From positions 1-52,482 of the forward strand of contig CAILTR010000092.1 of NCBI GenBank assembly GCA_903837175.1: a DNA stretch of 52,482 nucleotides, written 5' to 3'. This DNA comes from an uncultured bacterium (GTDB lineage: Bacteria > Patescibacteriota > Minisyncoccia > Moranbacterales > GWC2-37-73). A program made the position numbers and the translations under genes. Positions 49,593-52,482 of this stretch are shown here, in pieces (position 1 is the stretch's first letter; each line of letters opens with the position of its first letter). The notes under the pieces are model-generated. The model was not told the DNA's origin. It was given only the letters and a program-made list of their open reading frames with translations, and made no database searches.

Positions 49593-50267
49593 TTAAAAAT
49601 CGAATTTTTTAATCATTGCTTGTAGCCAGCCCATTGTTTTCCAATAAAATTCAGATTTTAACACGCGCAATTGAATGCAGCCTTTATAGTCCGGATTCTT
49701 TTTTATTTTATGAATAGTTTGCTTGTAAATAGTTTTTTGAAATTGATTGACGGGAATGTTTGTAATCTCTGACCAAAATTTTTCGCATTTTTCATGGGCG
49801 TACAATTTGTGTGTATACAGACGAATTTTTATTTTTTCTTTTGGAACTTTGTGAATTTCTGTTAGCCAGCGCATCATTGCTCGAATTGCGTGTGGATCGG
49901 AATTTGTAAATTGAAACTGTTGTGTTTTCTTGTTTCCCTCTCCCCAATAAAGAGTTAGCCCTAACAAAAAAAGTGAATTTTTTGAGAGGATGACGTATTC
50001 CTTTTCCGCCAGTGCAAAGAGCTTGTTTATTTTTTCTAATCTTTGTTCTTTCTTTGTCCAGGCAGACTTAAGGCGGGCATTGTTGGTAATATTTGCAATA
50101 TTTTTCTCAAGTTTTTCTTTTTGGCTTGAGCTAAGTTTAATGTTTTTTAACCAGCCAGACAAAGTGCTTTTTGAAAGGTTGGGAATATGGCTTTGTATTT
50201 CTCTGTACGTCTTGCCTTGGATGCGTAATTTTATTGATTTGTTTTTATCTTCAAGTCGAAGTTTCAT
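49593..50267 (-). CDS. HTH plus LAGLIDADG-like putative nuclease next to tRNA (start MKLRLE)
   Basis: LR..GKTYREI..SKSTLSGWL HTH; LYWGEG, FTNSDP, FWS, YKGC. Confidence 0.6.
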   Translation of the reverse strand: MKLRLEDKNKSIKLRIQGKTYREIQSHIPNLSKSTLSGWLKNIKLSSSQKEKLEKNIANITNNARLKSAWTKKEQRLEKINKLFALAEKEYVILSKNSLFLLGLTLYWGEGNKKTQQFQFTNSDPHAIRAMMRWLTEIHKVPKEKIKIRLYTHKLYAHEKCEKFWSEITNIPVNQFQKTIYKQTIHKIKKNPDYKGCIQLRVLKSEFYWKTMGWLQAMIKKFDF

Positions 50268-50360
50268 GATTGTGAACTCGCGATTGTTTATTTTTTTAGT
50301 ATAACACAGGGGTTCATATGTAGCAATAAAAAAACCGACTTTCATCGGATTTTTTCTTTG

Positions 50361-50433
50361 TGCGCTCGGCAGGACTCGAACCTGCAACCCCTTGATCCGA
50401 AGTCAAGTGCTCTATCCTTTGAGCTACGAACGC
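50361..50433 (-). tRNA. tRNA-Arg(TCG)
   Basis: Anticodon arm cttga-ctTCGga-tcaag; T-loop gttcgag. Confidence 0.95.
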
Positions 50434-50469
50434 AGTTTAGTTGATGTGAAATTTTCTAAAACAAAACTG

Positions 50470-50542
50470 GGCGGGCACAGGGAATTGAACCCTGATTCTC
50501 GGTACCACAAACCGATGTCTTAACCGTTAGACGATGCTCGCC
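50470..50542 (-). tRNA. tRNA-His(GTG) with encoded G-1
   Basis: Anticodon arm tcggt-ttGTGgt-accga; G-1:C73. Confidence 0.93.
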
Positions 50543-50650
50543 ATATAGAAAATGTAAAATGTAAATCTCAAAATGAAAAATTAAAAAAGTCGTGAACGAA
50601 GTGAACACCAATATTTTAAATTTTGATTTTTAAATTTTAAACTATCTCCG

Positions 50651-50722
50651 TACCCCCACCAGGAATCGAACCTAGATCTTCAGCTTAGAAGGCTATTGCT
50701 CTATCCGTTGAGCTATGGGGGC
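50651..50722 (-). tRNA. tRNA-Arg(TCT)
   Basis: Loop ctTCTaa; acceptor gccccca/tgggggt. Confidence 0.93.
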
Positions 50723-50744
50723 AATTTCCTCTCCTTGCGAAAGG

Positions 50745-50820
50745 TGGTGGGTTATGCAGGATTCGAACCTGCGACCATTGGCTTAAGAGGCCACTGCTCT
50801 ACCAACTGAGCTAATAACCC
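50745..50820 (-). tRNA. tRNA-Lys(CTT), CCA encoded
   Basis: Loop ctCTTaa; acceptor gggttat/ataaccc. Confidence 0.95.
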
Positions 50821-50840
50821 ATTTTTTTAATAACTAGTCA

Positions 50841-50869
50841 AGCGTAACACTTTATTTTGCGCTCGTCAA
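50841..50869 (-). promoter_or_regulatory. Promoter of the tRNA cluster
   Basis: TTGACG-17-TACGCT on minus strand. Confidence 0.6.
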
Positions 50870-50871
50870 TG

Positions 50872-52191
50872 TTAGGGCTTTGCCTTGGCGGTTGCTTTGG
50901 CCATGTCACTTAAGGTTTTTTTATAATTTTTCCATTCCTCCTCTGACCAATTGGATGGCTTGACGCTTAGGGTTGGTCCACCTGGGTGCGGGTACTTATA
51001 AGGAGAGGCGTAAGAACTATTAAAAACATCTTTAATAATTTCTTTCCCATCTTTATCTACAACAAGTTGGGTAAAGGAGGCTTTTAAAGCTCCATCCGGT
51101 TGTCTTTCGGTAATAGTGGGCCCATCAACACTAGTTTTTCTACCATCATCGGTGCCGTAAAAACTAAAGGTGAGCACTGTTCCGACAATTTTTGTTTGAA
51201 TAAGAATGTAACTAGGGGTGTTATTAAGAAAGCGCAGGTCTGGGCGCGGGATATAAACGGTCGAATCCATGCCTTGCGGGTTATAATAGGAAACAGGGTA
51301 AGCATGATTTTTACGGGCTGTAATTTTGAGTCCGGAAAAAATGGCGGCCCGAAAAGCAGTGGTCGAAACTTGGCAAATTCCGCCTCCGAATTCTGGCTCT
51401 GTGACTCCTTGCTTGATGACTAATTCAGGGAGGTAACCATGCTCCGCGTCAACTTCACCCAAGAAAGAAACGAAAGAAAATTCTTCGCCTGGCTTAATTA
51501 AAACTCCATTGTAGCGTTCAGTCGCAACTTTGATATTGTGAATTCGATTAGCCGGGGAACCTTTGAAATTAGAAGTTCCTTCGCCGATAACCGAAGATAT
51601 CCCAAGGTTATTCACTTCGCCGTAATTTATTTCTGGTTTTTTTAAATCATAACGAAGAGCTATTTTTTCTGAGGTTGGCTGGGTTGTTACGGCAAGAAGA
51701 AGTGTTTCGAGATTATTATCAATATCTAGCGTTAGCCCATCTTGAGCTTCGGCAAAGGTGGTTACTTTGCCGTCGGTTACGGTGAACTTGGCATCCACTG
51801 GATCACGGTTAACTTTTCTGGCTAAATCTTCGAGATAAGCTTTGACGGCCTCCCGGTCAGCTATGGCTTGAGAAACTAATTTAAGATGTCTGTTGGCGTT
51901 TATGGATAAACTAAAATCGCAAAAGCTTTTACTGACTGGGCAATAAGTTATATTTTCAAATTCAGTTTTATAAATCGGTGAAAATTCTAAGTTTGATTTC
52001 TGGGTGATCCATTTGCTAGTAGTGTCACTAGAAATTTCTTCAGTGTATTGATCGACGGAAACTGTTAAAGTTTTTATTGGATCGGCACCACCAATAGCCG
52101 CTGGCGTTTTGTCTGCTGCGGCTGAAACTGGGGTGGTTATTGTGGTCAAAAAAAATACCACAAAAAAACAAAGAGATTGTTTGGTATTCAT
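50872..52191 (-). CDS. VanW-family exported protein with putative peptidoglycan-binding domain
   Basis: Signal peptide; NRIHNI, PGEEFSF, GGGICQVSTT, RKNH, DLRF.N. Confidence 0.9.
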   Translation of the reverse strand: MNTKQSLCFFVVFFLTTITTPVSAAADKTPAAIGGADPIKTLTVSVDQYTEEISSDTTSKWITQKSNLEFSPIYKTEFENITYCPVSKSFCDFSLSINANRHLKLVSQAIADREAVKAYLEDLARKVNRDPVDAKFTVTDGKVTTFAEAQDGLTLDIDNNLETLLLAVTTQPTSEKIALRYDLKKPEINYGEVNNLGISSVIGEGTSNFKGSPANRIHNIKVATERYNGVLIKPGEEFSFVSFLGEVDAEHGYLPELVIKQGVTEPEFGGGICQVSTTAFRAAIFSGLKITARKNHAYPVSYYNPQGMDSTVYIPRPDLRFLNNTPSYILIQTKIVGTVLTFSFYGTDDGRKTSVDGPTITERQPDGALKASFTQLVVDKDGKEIIKDVFNSSYASPYKYPHPGGPTLSVKPSNWSEEEWKNYKKTLSDMAKATAKAKP

Positions 52192-52254
52192 ACTTTTAAG
52201 TATACTTTAGTTCTCGCTGAGTCACAAGAGAAGACCTTAAAAAAGAAAGCCAAT

Positions 52255-52482
52255 TGAACTGTACCCCAAAAAGTAGACACGAAAGTGTCTACTTTTTGTT
52301 ATCTGCTAGAATGTAATTAATTAACAAACAACTACATGAAGAAAAAATGTTCACAAAAGAGGAAATCAAGGAGTTATTAAGTAATGAGAATGTTACAAAA
52401 TGCAGCGAGAAAGCAATTTCTTACAGTAAGGCATTTAAAATTGAAGCAGTAAGGCTTTACAATGAGGACGGTTTTGGATCTA
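52255..52482 (+). mobile_element. Left end of IS3-family (IS150-like) element with start of OrfA at 52347, truncated by window
   Basis: End TGAACTGTACCCCAAAAAGTAGACA; MFTKEEIKELLSNENVTKCSEKAISYSKAFKIEAV HTH-type N-terminus. Confidence 0.75.

Noticed and set aside
50268-50387. Extended N-terminus of ORF 49593-50387
   Set aside because: Overlaps tRNA-Arg and its terminator
50872-52191. Vancomycin resistance locus
   Set aside because: A VanW-family gene alone without vanHAX/vanRS is common and not evidence of resistance
1-52482. Alternative genetic code (UGA as Gly)
   Set aside because: pyrE, purC-E and pilX end at TGA at expected lengths, and conserved genes have no in-frame TGA

Overview
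AT-rich bacterial chromosome segment using the standard code (TGA stops). Gene content and the largely Shine-Dalgarno-free gene starts suggest a Patescibacteria/CPR (Parcubacteria-like) organism; this is inference, no rRNA is present. The backbone is dnaG-rpoD, an SDR, htrA, an ABC exporter, tRNA-Asn, GH18, thiI, ychF, a two-component pair followed by a type IV pilus locus (pilB, pilC, three pilin-like genes, pilMNO), four tRNAs, a VanW-family gene and the left end of an IS3-family element. Standout observations: (1) a SAM/nucleotide neighbourhood with a SAM-I riboswitch-metK, a PfkB kinase, ahcY, purD, pyrE, a PAICS-like PurC-PurE fusion and two B12-binding radical SAM genes. (2) pyrE is sharply GC-rich and, with purD, resembles Chlorobiaceae proteins as I recall them, which may point to a donor or host. 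(3) Five apparently foreign genes sit in similar single-gene cassettes (promoter, hairpin, boxA-like motif, ORF, terminator). (4) Several families of tiny palindromic or MITE-like elements and 7-9-nt periodic tracts occur, some nested, one in frame inside dnaG and one mini-array beside a small GIY-YIG nuclease. (5) A decayed tRNA-Arg-linked island encodes a SecD-head/transglutaminase-like fusion. All family calls come from motif recognition by eye; no searches were run.
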